A DNA stretch of 63,915 nucleotides, counting the filler, from Reticulomyxa filosa (lineage: Eukaryota > Protista > Foraminifera), in assembly GCA_000512085.1 (NCBI GenBank). It is 24 parts of 24 records of this genome, joined end to end, with 100 filler letters (N's around TTAATTAATTAA, not from the genome) between each part and the next. Parts side by side here need not be neighbours in the genome. Positions count along the whole stretch, not along the records: positions 49,930 to 51,713 come from ASPP01022363.1; positions 51,814 to 53,888 come from ASPP01045108.1; positions 53,989 to 55,685 come from ASPP01036588.1; positions 55,786 to 57,298 come from ASPP01003355.1; positions 57,399 to 61,323 come from ASPP01019731.1; positions 61,424 to 62,507 come from ASPP01022549.1; positions 62,608 to 63,915 come from ASPP01016577.1; 17 more parts are not named here. The stretch is one strand, 5' to 3'. Each line of letters begins with the position of its first letter. The stretch's first letter is position 1. The notes under the pieces were generated by a model. The model worked only from the letters and a program-made list of their open reading frames with translations, had not been told where the DNA came from and did no database searches. The translations under genes were made by a program, and so were the position numbers. This document shows, piece by piece, positions 49,930 through 62,690 of the stretch.

Positions 49930-51713
49930 TGCAAACATGGATGTCTTTCTGAACTACAACAATGGAATGGAATCATCCCACTCTCAATTTTTTTTTCGTC
50001 TTTCATATCCATGTCATGGAAATGACCTCCATTGCAATCACATGTTGCCTCTACATCACAAACAAAATTTTCAACTTTTATTCAAAACAAAAAATGTGCA
50101 TGTATGTGTGTGCGTGTTTTTAAATACCGCATTCAAGTATTTCACAACGCTTTGTGCATCTTTTTTCGTAACACTCATGTCTTGTATGTTTCTTGGCATA
50201 GTCGATTTCACACTTGTTTGGACATCCAGGCAAAGAACAGTTTTCATTGCAATAATGGATGGGACTATTGCAAATGCAAGCTGTTTCGCTGCTGTGCCCA
50301 AATTTCAAGCCACATTTTTCATTACAATTGCCGAATTTTTTCAATGGGCAATCCTTATCGCATTTGTGATTTTTCAGACGACAATCATGAAAAGACTCAT
50401 GGCCTGCTTGCAATTTGCATGGTAAAGTCTCTTCTTTGCCATAAATATTTGCATCGACTTCACAACAGCTACATATCTCATCACATTGATGCGATCCCAA
50501 ACAATTGTGCTCAACTTCACTACTTTGCTGATGAGATTGTTGCAACAAACATAAGAAATAACAATGTCTACATTTGGCCCCACATAGCATAAGTAGATTT
50601 TCCATTGCTTGTAATTGATTAAGTACAGTGTTAATAAAAGGTTTGATAAATTTGGCCACCACTTCATTTTGACTACGTTTTGCGCGTTTGTCAGTTGTGT
50701 CAATCTTTTGTTCTTGCACATTATTTCCTCGTATTGTTTGAAATCCAAATCCATGCAATTCATTAGCAATCCATTTCTCTAAGACCAGTTCTCGTCTCAA
50801 ACAAATCAATTTTAAGAACAATTGAAATGCAATGAACCATTGCCTGTGAGTGGAATGACCTCGTTTGCATTCGGGTATTTGTCTCTCAAATTCACTGTAC
50901 AAATATTTCAGAATGTTGTTATGGACTAAATTCAATCCACCATTCGGAATATTGTCCAATATCTTTTCAAAACCCTCCTTCCATTGCTTTAATTGATTGA
51001 TTTGTTCAGTCACTGCTGTCTTTGACTGTTCACTACTTTGAAAGCAAACATATTCCAATTTTTGCAAAAGAGCGTTGATCACATCTGAATTTTTTACCTC
51101 AATTTTTTCTTTTTTTGTTAAACCTACAATCTCCATATCTTCATTGACATCAAAGCGTCCCAATGACTCAAATGTTTTGGAGTTGATCAAAGTTCCAAAT
51201 TTGATTATACTTTCTGTATATTGTTGCACTCTCTCCACTACCGATTCCACAATCTGTTCACTTAGATTCGAAGCCCAATCTTTCATTGTTAGTCTCGCCA
51301 TAATTACTTTCATGTGTTGCAAGAAGATAACACCACCGTCACCATGAATTATTGGCAAACTTTCAATCTGTTTTTGCAAGACCGAAAACTTTCTGAAAAA
51401 CGAATCGTGCATTAATGGTGGATAAGGTTCAATGTAAATGTTTGTTGGATCTTTGTACATTTGCATTACAAATGACTCTGACTCCCCATTTTTGTCTGCA
51501 CTGTCGCGACAAAATGACTCAATTTTTGTAGCAAATTCAGACATGACTTGTTTGGTGTCTGCTGGAGGGATGTCTTTGATAACAATGAGCAAACGACCTC
51601 TGAACAATTTATCATTGTCATTACTATCACGTAAAAACTGGACTCCTTTTTGGAATCTCTCAAACATTTTGACAATATCTTGATCGAAATGATTTTCACA
51701 TCTGAACATGGTA
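49930..51713 (-). CDS. Large P-loop GTPase-like protein (C-terminal part of a GBP/RHD3/VLIG-type G domain), helical region and Cys/His-rich repeats; partial
   Basis: LFRGRLLIVIKDI resembles a G4 strand. It is followed by C..C..LC..H..HNC..HQC repeats that continue after an intron at about 50053-50127. G1 is not on the contig. Confidence 0.5.
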
Positions 51714-52537
51714 NNNNNNNNNNNNNNNNNNNNNNNNNNNNNNNNNNNNNNNNNNNNTTAATTAATTAANNNNNNNNNNNNNNNNNNNNNNNNNNNNNNN
51801 NNNNNNNNNNNNNTCCTGGATAGACAGTTACCGTGCATTCGTTTCCAATATACTCTTCTTCAATTTCTTTTATCTCTTCTTCGTCCAAGTTTAACCCATT
51901 CACGATCTCACTCACAAGTACTCCTTCTTGCTCTTCTTCTTTATTTTTTTTCACTTGCAGTCTTTGCTCTACTTTTCTCGTTGCACTTCCTTCATATGAA
52001 TCTACTTTTTCAGAGTATTCTTTTTCTACTCGCTTTTTCACACTCCTGTCAACAGGCAAAAGTATAGCAAAAGAAATGGCGTTACATAAATATGTAAACA
52101 CGCCTCAACTTTCTTCGTCCAACTGTTGGGCTATGAGTCGTCATGATAATTGGTCTCTGAAAAAAAAAAGTTAAGGACAAGCAATTTTTTTTTTAATCGC
52201 CCTGTCACCCTGTACAGCAACGTAGAAAAACAGATGTAGTAAAATGCAGCCTTTGGTTATTCATTTTTTTCATAAAACAAGCTTCCGTATCAATTTTTTA
52301 AAATTTTTATTTGATTTTGTTATTAACTAGCTGTATCAATTATGTTTAATAATATTGTGCAATTTCCATCGTTTTGTCAGCACAATTTTTAAAAACTATA
52401 GACCACTAAAAGTTGTGTGATATTAATGAAAAGAAGCATTGTGTTTTATTACACAAAGACGCCTTACATTTTCTTGGGTGATACTCGTCTTTTTTTTCTT
52501 TCTATCTTTTGTCAGTGTTTATAAAGCTTCTTTTGCG

Positions 52538-53888
52538 ATGGCAGAAGAAAATACAGGAAAAGAAGAAATAAGAGAGTTTCTGAAAATCTTGAGACCAGAA
52601 AATATTGAAAATGTACTGAAGGCACTCTGCGACGACGCACAGTGTGATGAAATGGAGTGTGTGATTCATCAGGATTCTGATGAATGGAAAAGCGTTTTCA
52701 AGAATGCGAAGCTGGTTGTGGCTCAACAAAGAAAGCTCTTGAGTGAAGTGAACAAGTTGCGTAAAAGCAATAAAATGGATCCACTTTCCATGAAAGACAG
52801 TGTTTGGAATAATACATCAAAGTTAAATAAAAAAAAACAGAGTCATATTTAGTCAAAAAGATGGAGGTTTTAAAAAATTTTTTGTTGATTATTTCGAATG
52901 ATAGTATTCAAGCACAATATAAAAACACATCCATGTGATTATCCTTCTTTTGCTTGTGTCTTTTTTTTAATAAGTATTTCGACAGATACATCCACAGTTG
53001 AATCGCTCGTGATGGAATCACCGACCCAAACCACTTCCAAGTATGTTTCATAGATACGTACATATGTATTTATATGGCTACATGATCAAAACATAAAACA
53101 CGAAATGGATTTTAGCGACACGACAAGGGATAACGAAGACGAGAAAAACGCGAATGTTATGCCTACTCAGAAAAAAGTTGAATTTACAAGAATTTTTGAC
53201 GTGAGTGCATTCTCATCAAACTGCTCATTTTTAATAAACGTAAGCCTACAAACGTGTATGCATTTTTTTTTTTTTGTTTAGTGTCATGGCAAATTTTTTT
53301 ACATATATATCTTCCTTTTCAGAATGAACTAGTAGAATTTTCAACCAACGATAACCGATGGAAGAACTTGTCACTGAGAAAAGGGATCGAAATAAAATGT
53401 ACTTATATGATGAATAAAAGTGGGAGGGTTGAAGTGGACAACATTGAATATCCTCCGTTGTATCAAGAACAGCTTAAACTATGCGATCAGACATTGATTG
53501 CAGAAGTTCGTCCCTGTTCCAAAAAAAGTGAAGAGAAAGTAAGTCATTTGACTAATTTTTTTTCTGTTTGTTTTTTAGCCTAACCATATTGATTGGTGTG
53601 ATGACAAAGATCAAAGTGGCATTTAAGTCTGGCTGTGTAACGGGAGAAAAATTGCGCGCAGGTGATTTGTTGACCTTTCGACTACGATTTTCAAGAAAAA
53701 GAGATGAATGGGAGCCTGTTAATGTGAACATAGTGGAAAAAATGAACAGGTAATGATTGTATGTATTGTTATCCCTATTTTTTTGCTGACAATATTTGAG
53801 AAAAAAAAAAGAAACAAATTATGTTGTCGAGCCACATATCTTGATGTATACGTTTGATAGACGCCAAATTGGAGATATTCCATCAACT
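52538..53888 (+). CDS. Hypothetical multi-exon protein with SAM-like N-terminus and OB-fold-like segment
   Basis: EIREFLKIL..VLKALCDDAQCDEMECV..LVVAQQRKLLSEVNKLR; later LRAGDLLTFRLRFSRKRDEWEPVNVNIV. Confidence 0.4.
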
Positions 53889-54099
53889 NNNNNNNNNNNN
53901 NNNNNNNNNNNNNNNNNNNNNNNNNNNNNNNNTTAATTAATTAANNNNNNNNNNNNNNNNNNNNNNNNNNNNNNNNNNNNNNNNNNNNGGTTTTTGCTAA
54001 CACATTTCTTTTTGAGAATGGAAAAAAAAAAAAGAAAGGAGGTCTTTTGGCACTGAACAAAAAACATAAAACAAACATTAATGAAGCTAGTATCATCAA

Positions 54100-55102
54100 A
54101 ATCTCTTGCTTCTGATCTGATAAGCATTATACATTTAGAGCTTCTTGCTTCTTACAGTGGAACTGGCTGAGTAGTTTGATAGAAACGCAATTGGAAAATT
54201 TGCGGGAATTTTATAGTGCAAATGTCAAAGAGTCAGTAAGTTTGTTTGTGGCCTATTTGCGAAAGAAAGGCAATAATAACGAAATTGTCTCCAAAGCGAT
54301 CAAGAATTAAAAGAAAGGCAACGAAATCTTCTCGTATCTGTCGAATGTATGAATGGCTTATATAGAGAAAGACAAACAACGTGAGGAGACAAATGCGAGG
54401 TGTCTGAGGTGTATCATCTTTTTGTCGAAAACCCAGAGCTTGCAATTGGACGAATTTTTACTCTTTGCGATGAAATTTATTTCAAAGCAAACGTCGGCCA
54501 TCCATTTCCGTTGGAAACAAATGTCTTTGGTCGCGCTGAAGAATTCGTGGCTGCAATCCAAACAGCAATCGCAAATGTCCGTCCCGACCATGAATCTCGC
54601 GTACTCTGCTTTCGGTCGAAATGTAACTCAACAGTCAAGTCAAAGTCATAGCCAAAGCCAGAGTTTGAAGAAGAGCTACAGTCATACTCATAGCCAAAGT
54701 CATAACAACAGCGACAGTGAGAGAATCGATTCCAACGCCAGCTACGACAAAGTCTCTTTAAAACATAGCCAGCTCAACAATAACACTCGACAACAGAATT
54801 TGCACTTTTTCAAAACCATCCCACGCACATCCGCGCTGTCGTCGGATCACAAAGTCCGACTCGATACTACAAATAATCGTCTGTCTTTGCTCACCAAGTC
54901 GAGCAATCGATCGCGTGGAGGCGTTTCATCTTTGGTCTTATCCGACGACACTGTTTCGAGAACTATCTTTTTCTTTGTGAAACCTATAATATATGTACAT
55001 ATATGTAGCTGTCCACCGCCGGTCCTCGCTCTCAAAGTGAAGAAGAAGAGACAGAAACGATCCAAAGCGAAACGGAAGATGGAACAATATGATAATTTTT
55101 AA
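54100..55102 (+). CDS. Hypothetical Ser/Gln-rich protein
   Basis: A 249-aa ORF with coding-like composition; no family recognised. Confidence 0.4.
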
Positions 55103-55889
55103 ACTTTGTTTAATTGCATTATTTGTTTATCATTCACCTCGATGCTATCAATTATGGACTTCTTTAAAGCAATAGAATTAGGCGACTGTACAAAATTGAA
55201 AAAAACCTGTCAAAGCGACGCACGTGTTTGTTGTTCAGACTTTTGTCAAACAAAAACACAAAATAGTCGCTACTCTTTCTTATTGAAACATAAAAAAAAT
55301 CACTACTAAAACTTATATTTGTTTATGATATTCCAAAGACTTTTCAGTACAAAAAAAAATTGACAAACAAAGAGAAAAACACTTCTGCATCCTATCTAAT
55401 AAATTTGTACGAAATAAATTAGAATCCTTTTCCGCATTGACTTGACCATGTCGCAACGGCGTGAACATAATGTGTCAGCTCGTCAAAGCCCCTTGCAGGT
55501 GGAGTTGGAGTGCAACAGGTAGATGTGTTGTCGCTCAAGTAAAACGATGTGCAATGAAACACAGGACGCCAATAGCAGTCGTGACTCCAGTGACCCGAGG
55601 GAAATGGGCGCAAAGTTTGATCTCTTTTGTGTTTGAACTAAGTAAGTTGTAAAATAGCGAAAATGAGATGTTTCAATTTTTTGTTNNNNNNNNNNNNNNN
55701 NNNNNNNNNNNNNNNNNNNNNNNNNNNNNTTAATTAATTAANNNNNNNNNNNNNNNNNNNNNNNNNNNNNNNNNNNNNNNNNNNNAGAGAACAAAGGGGA
55801 AAAAAGATATAAAAAAAAGGCTAATATAGCATGGATGAGATAAAAGATAAAGTGCTGAAGCAACATCGTCGAATGTCCTGTGATTTGGG

Positions 55890-56620
55890 CAAAATCGCAA
55901 TGTCAGGCCAAGGAACACGCGTCGAGGCTCGGTGAGTAAAGAGAGCACAGCTTTGTTATCAAAGTACGTGTCGTCATTGACAAACGACCAGAAGAACGAG
56001 TTGGTGAAGACGTCGCAGACTTGACGGCGGAGCGCAACCTGAAGCGTTTGGAATTGCGATTGGAGGAGGCATTGGACCAAAGGAACCAAGCGACGGAAGT
56101 GATAAAGAACCTAGCCAAGGAGAACAAGGAGATGAAAATGGAGAACGAGGAATTGAAGTCGAATAGTGCACATGAAGGAGTACGACTTGAAGCTTCTGAC
56201 CAAACACAATACTTTATTGAACGAGTTGTACGAAGAGGAGAAGCTTACATATGAAGCAGAGCTTCTTACATTGGAAAAATTAAAACAAGAGATGGTCGAA
56301 AAAGAGGCCGAGTTTGAGCTGCACACACACGTGAACAAGAGATGTTTGGTGGAGCTTCGAAAAAGCCCGGAGGAAGTGGACACCCTTCTGGGAGAGCAAT
56401 ACACATGAGGTGGTACGAATGGACACGGAACTCATCCCTCGAACGGGAAATCGTAAGTGTCATTCCGCGAGTATAAAAAGCTGCATGAAGAAAACGAAAG
56501 AAGAATTGGAGCAATTGAACTCGCAGCAGTCGGATGACGCCACAGCGATTACACAGTCCGTGCACAATGAAATAGTGAAGCTCACACATCGCAACGCGCA
56601 CTTCATCTTTTATAAACGTA
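55890..56620 (+). pseudogene. Disrupted coiled-coil protein gene
   Basis: E/K-rich ORFs 56021-56254, 56166-56408 and 56410-56748 are offset by frameshifts or stops. Confidence 0.45.
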
Positions 56621-57089
56621 TACTATCCTTTTGCTTTCAATGTTCCTTTTTTTTTCCATTGCTTTGTATTATAAATTACTGTCTTTATATCAATTTGTCT
56701 TTATTGAAAAACGAACGTGCAACATCTTCAAATCAATACACAATCTGATATATGTTATCGGTTCTATTGTGTGTTATTGTTCTTTAATTTGTAAATTGTT
56801 TCGGCTCTTTTAGTGTCATGCAGTCTATTACTCCATTAGGGAGTCATCCATAAGAAAATATTTTGATCAGTAAATCAATCACTTCATCATTCCGTTTCAG
56901 AGCCGACTTGAAGATGAAATGTAGGCCAATAGCGTCATAGCAATGAACATGTTTTGCATCATCATTTGTGCCCATATTTACATATCGTTCTACGTATGTC
57001 AGCAATAGTCTTGTACTGGAAAAGAGATAAGATTTATGTATTTCTTCGGCTATTTTGTTTTGTATTGGTCAATGTGATATTGGCATAGC

Positions 57090-57298
57090 ATATAGAAAAA
57101 AAGAAATAAAGATTTTAAAGAAGAAAATGGAGAATGGCCAAATTCATTAGATTATTCATTGGTCTATGAAAATCAAACTGAAAATATCGAATTACAAGAC
57201 ATTTGGAATAATAAAGAAAAATTAGAAATACGCCACATTAATATTCAAGGAGAAACAGGGAGTGGAAAAAGTGTGTTGTCTCAAAGAATTGCATATTT
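57090..57298 (+). pseudogene. NACHT-type NTPase N-terminal fragment
   Basis: NIELQDIWN..HINIQGETGSGKSVLSQRIAY contains a Walker A motif; the upstream sequence is disrupted and the contig ends here. Confidence 0.7.
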
Positions 57299-58843
57299 NN
57301 NNNNNNNNNNNNNNNNNNNNNNNNNNNNNNNNNNNNNNNNNNTTAATTAATTAANNNNNNNNNNNNNNNNNNNNNNNNNNNNNNNNNNNNNNNNNNNNGT
57401 TAACTTTTTTCCCACGTAGTGATGCTCCCCCTCTTTTTGTTGGCTTCATTGGATCCATTCTTTTCATTAGTCGTGCAATGTGGATAAATTACAAACATGA
57501 TGAGAACGAGAATCGAGGATATTGAATTAAGATTTAGATAACCGTACACACACACACAAAGTTAAATACATTACAAACAAATTAAGTTAAGTTTTTTTGT
57601 GTGAAAATAAATCAATTAAAGCTTTCAATGTTAAACCTTATACTTATCTTTTATGTTTGTTGGCACATAGACTAACTTTTTAATTTGGTTGCTTTCTAGT
57701 TTTCGTCAGACAAATCAGCTTCAAAACAAAAAGGTGACAGAAAGATAACGAAACAAAAAAAAAATTAGGAAAAAAAAAAATTAAAACGTTTGATCAACGC
57801 TTTTCGGTTCCAAATGTCGTGCCAACAGAGTTGACTTTGTACTTTGATCAAAAAAAAAATCAAAGCAAGTTTGGAAATTATTATCTTAATTCGGAACTTT
57901 TTATTATTGTTCAAAATTGTTCAACGCGTAAGCTCCCCGAAGACTGCTGTGTCGTTTCTTTTGGAAATGGTTTCTTTTTACTTAATTAAACTTAAGTTAA
58001 ATCCACTACAAAAAGAGCCTTTTTCGAACCTCACAACGGTGTGGCTAATGGTTTCAATCGTCTTTCTACAAATGCAGGTGAACTTCTTCTTGAGGAAGAA
58101 AAATAAAAAAATCTTTTCGTCTGTCGCGGCCAACATTACAACGTGTCCTTGCAACCAAAGAGCATTCAACTTAAAAAATTTGTTTGTAAGTGGTTAATAT
58201 TCTTCAGTTGGCCGAAGTTTAGTATTGTGTCTTAATTGCCTTGACTACTACTAAGTGTTCAAGTAAATTAAATTCAATTTTGTTGGAAAAGGAATAAGTG
58301 ATGTCATTATCTTTTTCAATAAAGCATTGTGGAAAGCTTGGGTGCAGAAGTTAGTAAGTGAATACGACAGATGCTCTTATTGAGAGCAGTTTTCAATAAG
58401 CAAAAGTAAATTAGATAAAAGAAGAATAATGACAACAAAAAGGAAAGAAAAGCAAAGAAAAAGTGGGTAGAGTTGCGAAGAATATCCCACTGAAAATTCA
58501 TCGGATCCTTTAGAGTTCCACCTTCTATAGTAGGGTCTTGCCCTACAGCATGATCTACAGTTCTTATATTCCCTCATGATGGTAAGATGCTCAGAAAATA
58601 AGCACAAAGATTTCTTCATACTATTTTTTTTATTTGTTTTTTTAAATTTTTGAAGTAGTTTTCAGTAAGTGGATTGTTACTTGCCTTTAGGAAATTCAGA
58701 CTGTTTTGATTTTTGGAAACTCTGCATTGAGAATATACAATATTGCATTTTGAAAAAACAGATTATTAAAATGGTTATTATATTTACAATATAAAACCTA
58801 TTTTATTGTTTTGTTGGCATGTCTTTGTTTTAATGTGAATGAC

Positions 58844-61148
58844 TTACATTCCTCTTTCTTGAAGCATTTGAGCACAAATCTCATATCCCGTTCCTGCATG
58901 TACAAGAAATAAATTATTTGGTAATTTTTGTACTTGTTCCTCTAATCTTTTATTGCTCATTGCTGTTCCTAAATATTCCTTGAATGGAATAGAAGTGCTT
59001 TTTGATACGTTTCTCGGCTCAATTTGGTCTCCAAAAATTGCTTCCATTGTATCAACAATTCCCACATTAAATTTAAATCACTTTCAACTACAAAACTTCG
59101 CAAAACAGGTTTTAAAGGTTCAGATACTTTTGTTTGATACAATGTCATAAGTTTTCTTGGTATTTTGTGCCAGATATTTTCAGCAAGCAAATGCAATCTT
59201 TCCAAATATTTCCAAAGATCTTCACAATGAGCCAAACGTAATTCTTGAACTTGAGCAAAAGGTTCAAATTCGGCTTGTTGTAAATGCAAAACATCTCTCA
59301 TGTAAGCACCAATAGCACAGTTATTATCTGGAAGATTTTTTTGTCGGCGCAATGCAATAAAGACTTGCTCTAGTGCTTGTTTTGCAACTTTAAACGCAAG
59401 TATTGAATTTGCATTTGTGCTTGTGTTTGTATTTGCAATTTGTCTTCCAGTGTTTTGTGCAATATTTCCATCAATTGCAATATCCGCACGTTGATCAATC
59501 TTCAATTTGAAATTTTTGAGAAGTTCTTGTCCAACGCGTAGGAAATAGTCTTGTTTGGCAATAGTATTTTTTCCTTCATATATTTTGCAGTTATTTCTAC
59601 AATTACTTGTCGAATATCATGTTGTCCTGCCAATTCAAATATCAATTCACTTAATGTAAATTTGATCATTTTTCTTCCTACTATATAATTCTCTTTCATT
59701 CGGCTTTCTAATAATCTCAAATTCACTGCAAATTGTACATTTGTTCCATATTCAAACTTTTGACTGGTGCATTCTTGTATTTCTCTTTTTTTTTTTTAAA
59801 TAGCATAATGTTTAATTGATATTGTATTAAAAAAAGAATACAAAACTGCAAGAATTTAGTTTCATCAATTCCAACAACATCCTTTTCACCGGAAATGTGA
59901 GTTAGCAACATTTCTCCCAATGTGCGTGTTGCAATAGCGTTTTCGTTAGCATTCAACCTTAGATATTTATAATGTTTGTTCCATTTTAAAACATAAAAAA
60001 AAAATTGCACAAAATACGCATAAATAAATATTAAACTGATGGCAATTGAGTAAACAATTATTGTTGACAGTTACCAAATGCTCTAATAACAAACGAATCA
60101 TTTTGCTAGTCGCCAACGGTCCAGTGCTTCCACAATCAATCGCTAACCACAACGGAACCTCTTTGGCAGAGAGCTCGCCATTTGGATTACTTGCTTTAAT
60201 GCACTGAAATGATATATTTTCACATTGATTGAGAGCATCAGCAAGAACCAAATATCTTTTATACTCATCAGTACCAACATCAAGCACTTGAGCATTGTTG
60301 TTATTCTTCTTTTCATACTTTTCATCATCGTCCTTCTTTTCCTCTTTTTGTTCATTTTCTACTGGCTCTTGTCCAGTTCCACGGATTCGGGATCCGGATT
60401 TTTGATGGTCAGTGGTGATGCGACTAGCAACATGGTTCCAACCTTGCACAAAACCTTTCCATGTGTCATCAAATTTGGTTTTCTCACCCCATTGCTTTTG
60501 AAGTGCATATTCTGCAGAAAACTCTTGTGGTCGTTCTTCCACCTCTTCTTGCGTCAAACGACGATTGAATCGCGAATGGACTAATTTCATCCATTGAATC
60601 ATTGCTGGCAAATGTTGTAACGCAAATGTCGAAAATCCACTGGCCGAAGACATTGTCTTTAATATACCCCAAATGATTGGATATTTCTTTTCATTGGAAG
60701 TGTCTTGGAGTACAAACTGTCGGAATTCGGTAAGTGTGACAATTCGATATGGCAAGTATACATTGGGAAGATAAGTTTCTCGAAATTGTTTAAATTCGTC
60801 ACTGTCGAGTTTCATATCTTCTTCTACACGCTTTCCCCAATATCGACACTCTTCTTGCGATACGGTTTGTGCTCGCACTACTCGAATACAATAGTCTTTA
60901 TTTTGGATGACTGGATCAATGCATTCCTCAAGCAAATACTTTTCAAAATTTCGACGTCCTTGGAGTGACAGATCTAAAAAACCATTAGGAAGACGCGTCT
61001 CAAATGTCAGATAGATGTAATGGATCATGTAATGCAATAACAATAGAGTGCCTTCGAATGACTCTCCAATCATTGTTGCAATTTTTTCTAAATAGTGTTG
61101 AACAGTCTTAAACAGTCTGTTCATCACTTCAGTGTTGCTTTTACCCAA
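58844..61148 (-). CDS. RNF213/mysterin-like C-terminal region (multi-exon)
   Basis: YPIIWGIL..ALQHLPAMIQWMKLV..FVQGWNHV..LLEHLVTVNNNCL..LESRMKENYIVGRKMI..LRLAHCEDLW recalls the RNF213 C-terminal pattern. No AAA or RING domain is on this contig. Confidence 0.5.
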
Positions 61149-61423
61149 TTTCGTAAACCTTTTTTTATTTTTTTTATTTTTTTTTTGTTTGTCAATTTAG
61201 TAAAGTATTTCAACAACAATAGCAACGATAGCAAAAATAATAACTGTAAACAATCGGATCTTTCAGCATTTGTGTGATGAATCAGCAAAATCAGATTAAC
61301 AAATAATCGTGCAATTCGAATGGNNNNNNNNNNNNNNNNNNNNNNNNNNNNNNNNNNNNNNNNNNNNTTAATTAATTAANNNNNNNNNNNNNNNNNNNNN
61401 NNNNNNNNNNNNNNNNNNNNNNN

Positions 61424-62507
61424 AGCAGCGGCACGGCAGTCACCACGGTGACCGCCAGCGGCGACACCAATGGTCTGGTGTACAGCATTACCGGCGGCAC
61501 CGGCAGCAGCCTGTTCGACATCAACAGCAGTACCGGCGCCATCACCGTGAAAAACGGTGCAGTGCTGAACTACGAAGCCGCCAGCCAGTACACGCTGACC
61601 GTGGCGGTGGACGATGAAGATGCCGATACCACGGCAGACAGCACGGCCACCATCACCATCAACCTGAACAACCTGAACGAAGCACCGACCAATATCAGCC
61701 TGAGCGCCAGCAGCCTTGGCCTGTCCGTGTCGAGCGCCAATGCGACCGTGGCAACCTTGAGTGCATCCGACCCGGATAGCGGGAGCAGCCACACGTATAG
61801 CTTGGTTGCCGGCAGTGGCGACACCCATAACGGTTCGTTCGTCATCAACGGTAATACCCTGAAAGTCGGCAGCAGTGCCCTGGCGGCCGGCACGTATCTG
61901 CTTCGGGTGCAGGCAACCGACAATGGCGGCCTGACATACCAGAAAGCCCTGACCGTGACGGTCAGCGATGATGTGGCACCCACTCTGGACGCGGCCAACT
62001 CTACGCCGGCCAACAATGCCCTGCAGATTGCGCCGTCTGCCAATATCGTGTTGCTGTTCAGCGAAACCCTGCAGGCGGGTACCGGCACGCTGGTATTGCG
62101 CAATGTCACCACCGGCCAGGTGGTGGAAACCTTCAACATTGCCACCGGTACCGGCAATGCAGGCGGCACGGTGAGTATCAGTGGCAGCAGCGTTACCCTG
62201 AACCCGGGCAGCAACCTGGCCGAAGCGTCGCGCTACAGCGTGCGTATCGATGCCACGGCCTTGCGTGACGCGGCTGCCAATGCTTTTGTTGGCATCAGTG
62301 ACGATACCAGTTTCAACTTCACCACCGGCGTCAGCGACAGCGCCGCACCGCTGATCCAGTCCATCCAACGCCAGACGCCGGCTGGCGAGGCCAGCAATGC
62401 GGCCAGCCTGGTCTACACCGTGCGTTTCAACGAGGCGGTGACCGCAGCCGATAGCAATGACTTCCAGCTGACCAGTACCGGCACCGCCAGCGGACCATCA
62501 GCAGCGT
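61424..62507 (+). CDS. Bacterial giant adhesin fragment: cadherin repeats and Big_5/SbsA-type Ig-like domain
   Basis: GC-rich and open end to end; YSITGG..FDINSSTGAIT..LNYE, NEAPTNISLS..DPD..TYSLV..ATDNGG, APTL..STPANNA..NIVLLFSE..VTLNP..LRDAAANAFVGI. Confidence 0.9.
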
Positions 62508-62690
62508 NNNNNNNNNNNNNNNNNNNNNNNNNNNNNNNNNNNNNNNNNNNNTTAATTAATTAANNNNNNNNNNNNNNNNNNNNNNNNNNNNNNNNNNNNN
62601 NNNNNNNAAAAAAAAAAAAAAAAAATATGTAGTTGAACGCAACATTAAATTTGTTACAAAGAAAAGAAGCAATTTTTTTTTTTGTTTTCT

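Noticed and set aside
57840-58620. Short ORFs or a structured RNA
   Set aside because: No recognisable motif. No tRNA or rRNA signature was seen here or elsewhere in the window.
61376-62368. 330-aa and 214-aa minus-strand ORFs
   Set aside because: They are antisense shadows of the GC-rich adhesin gene.
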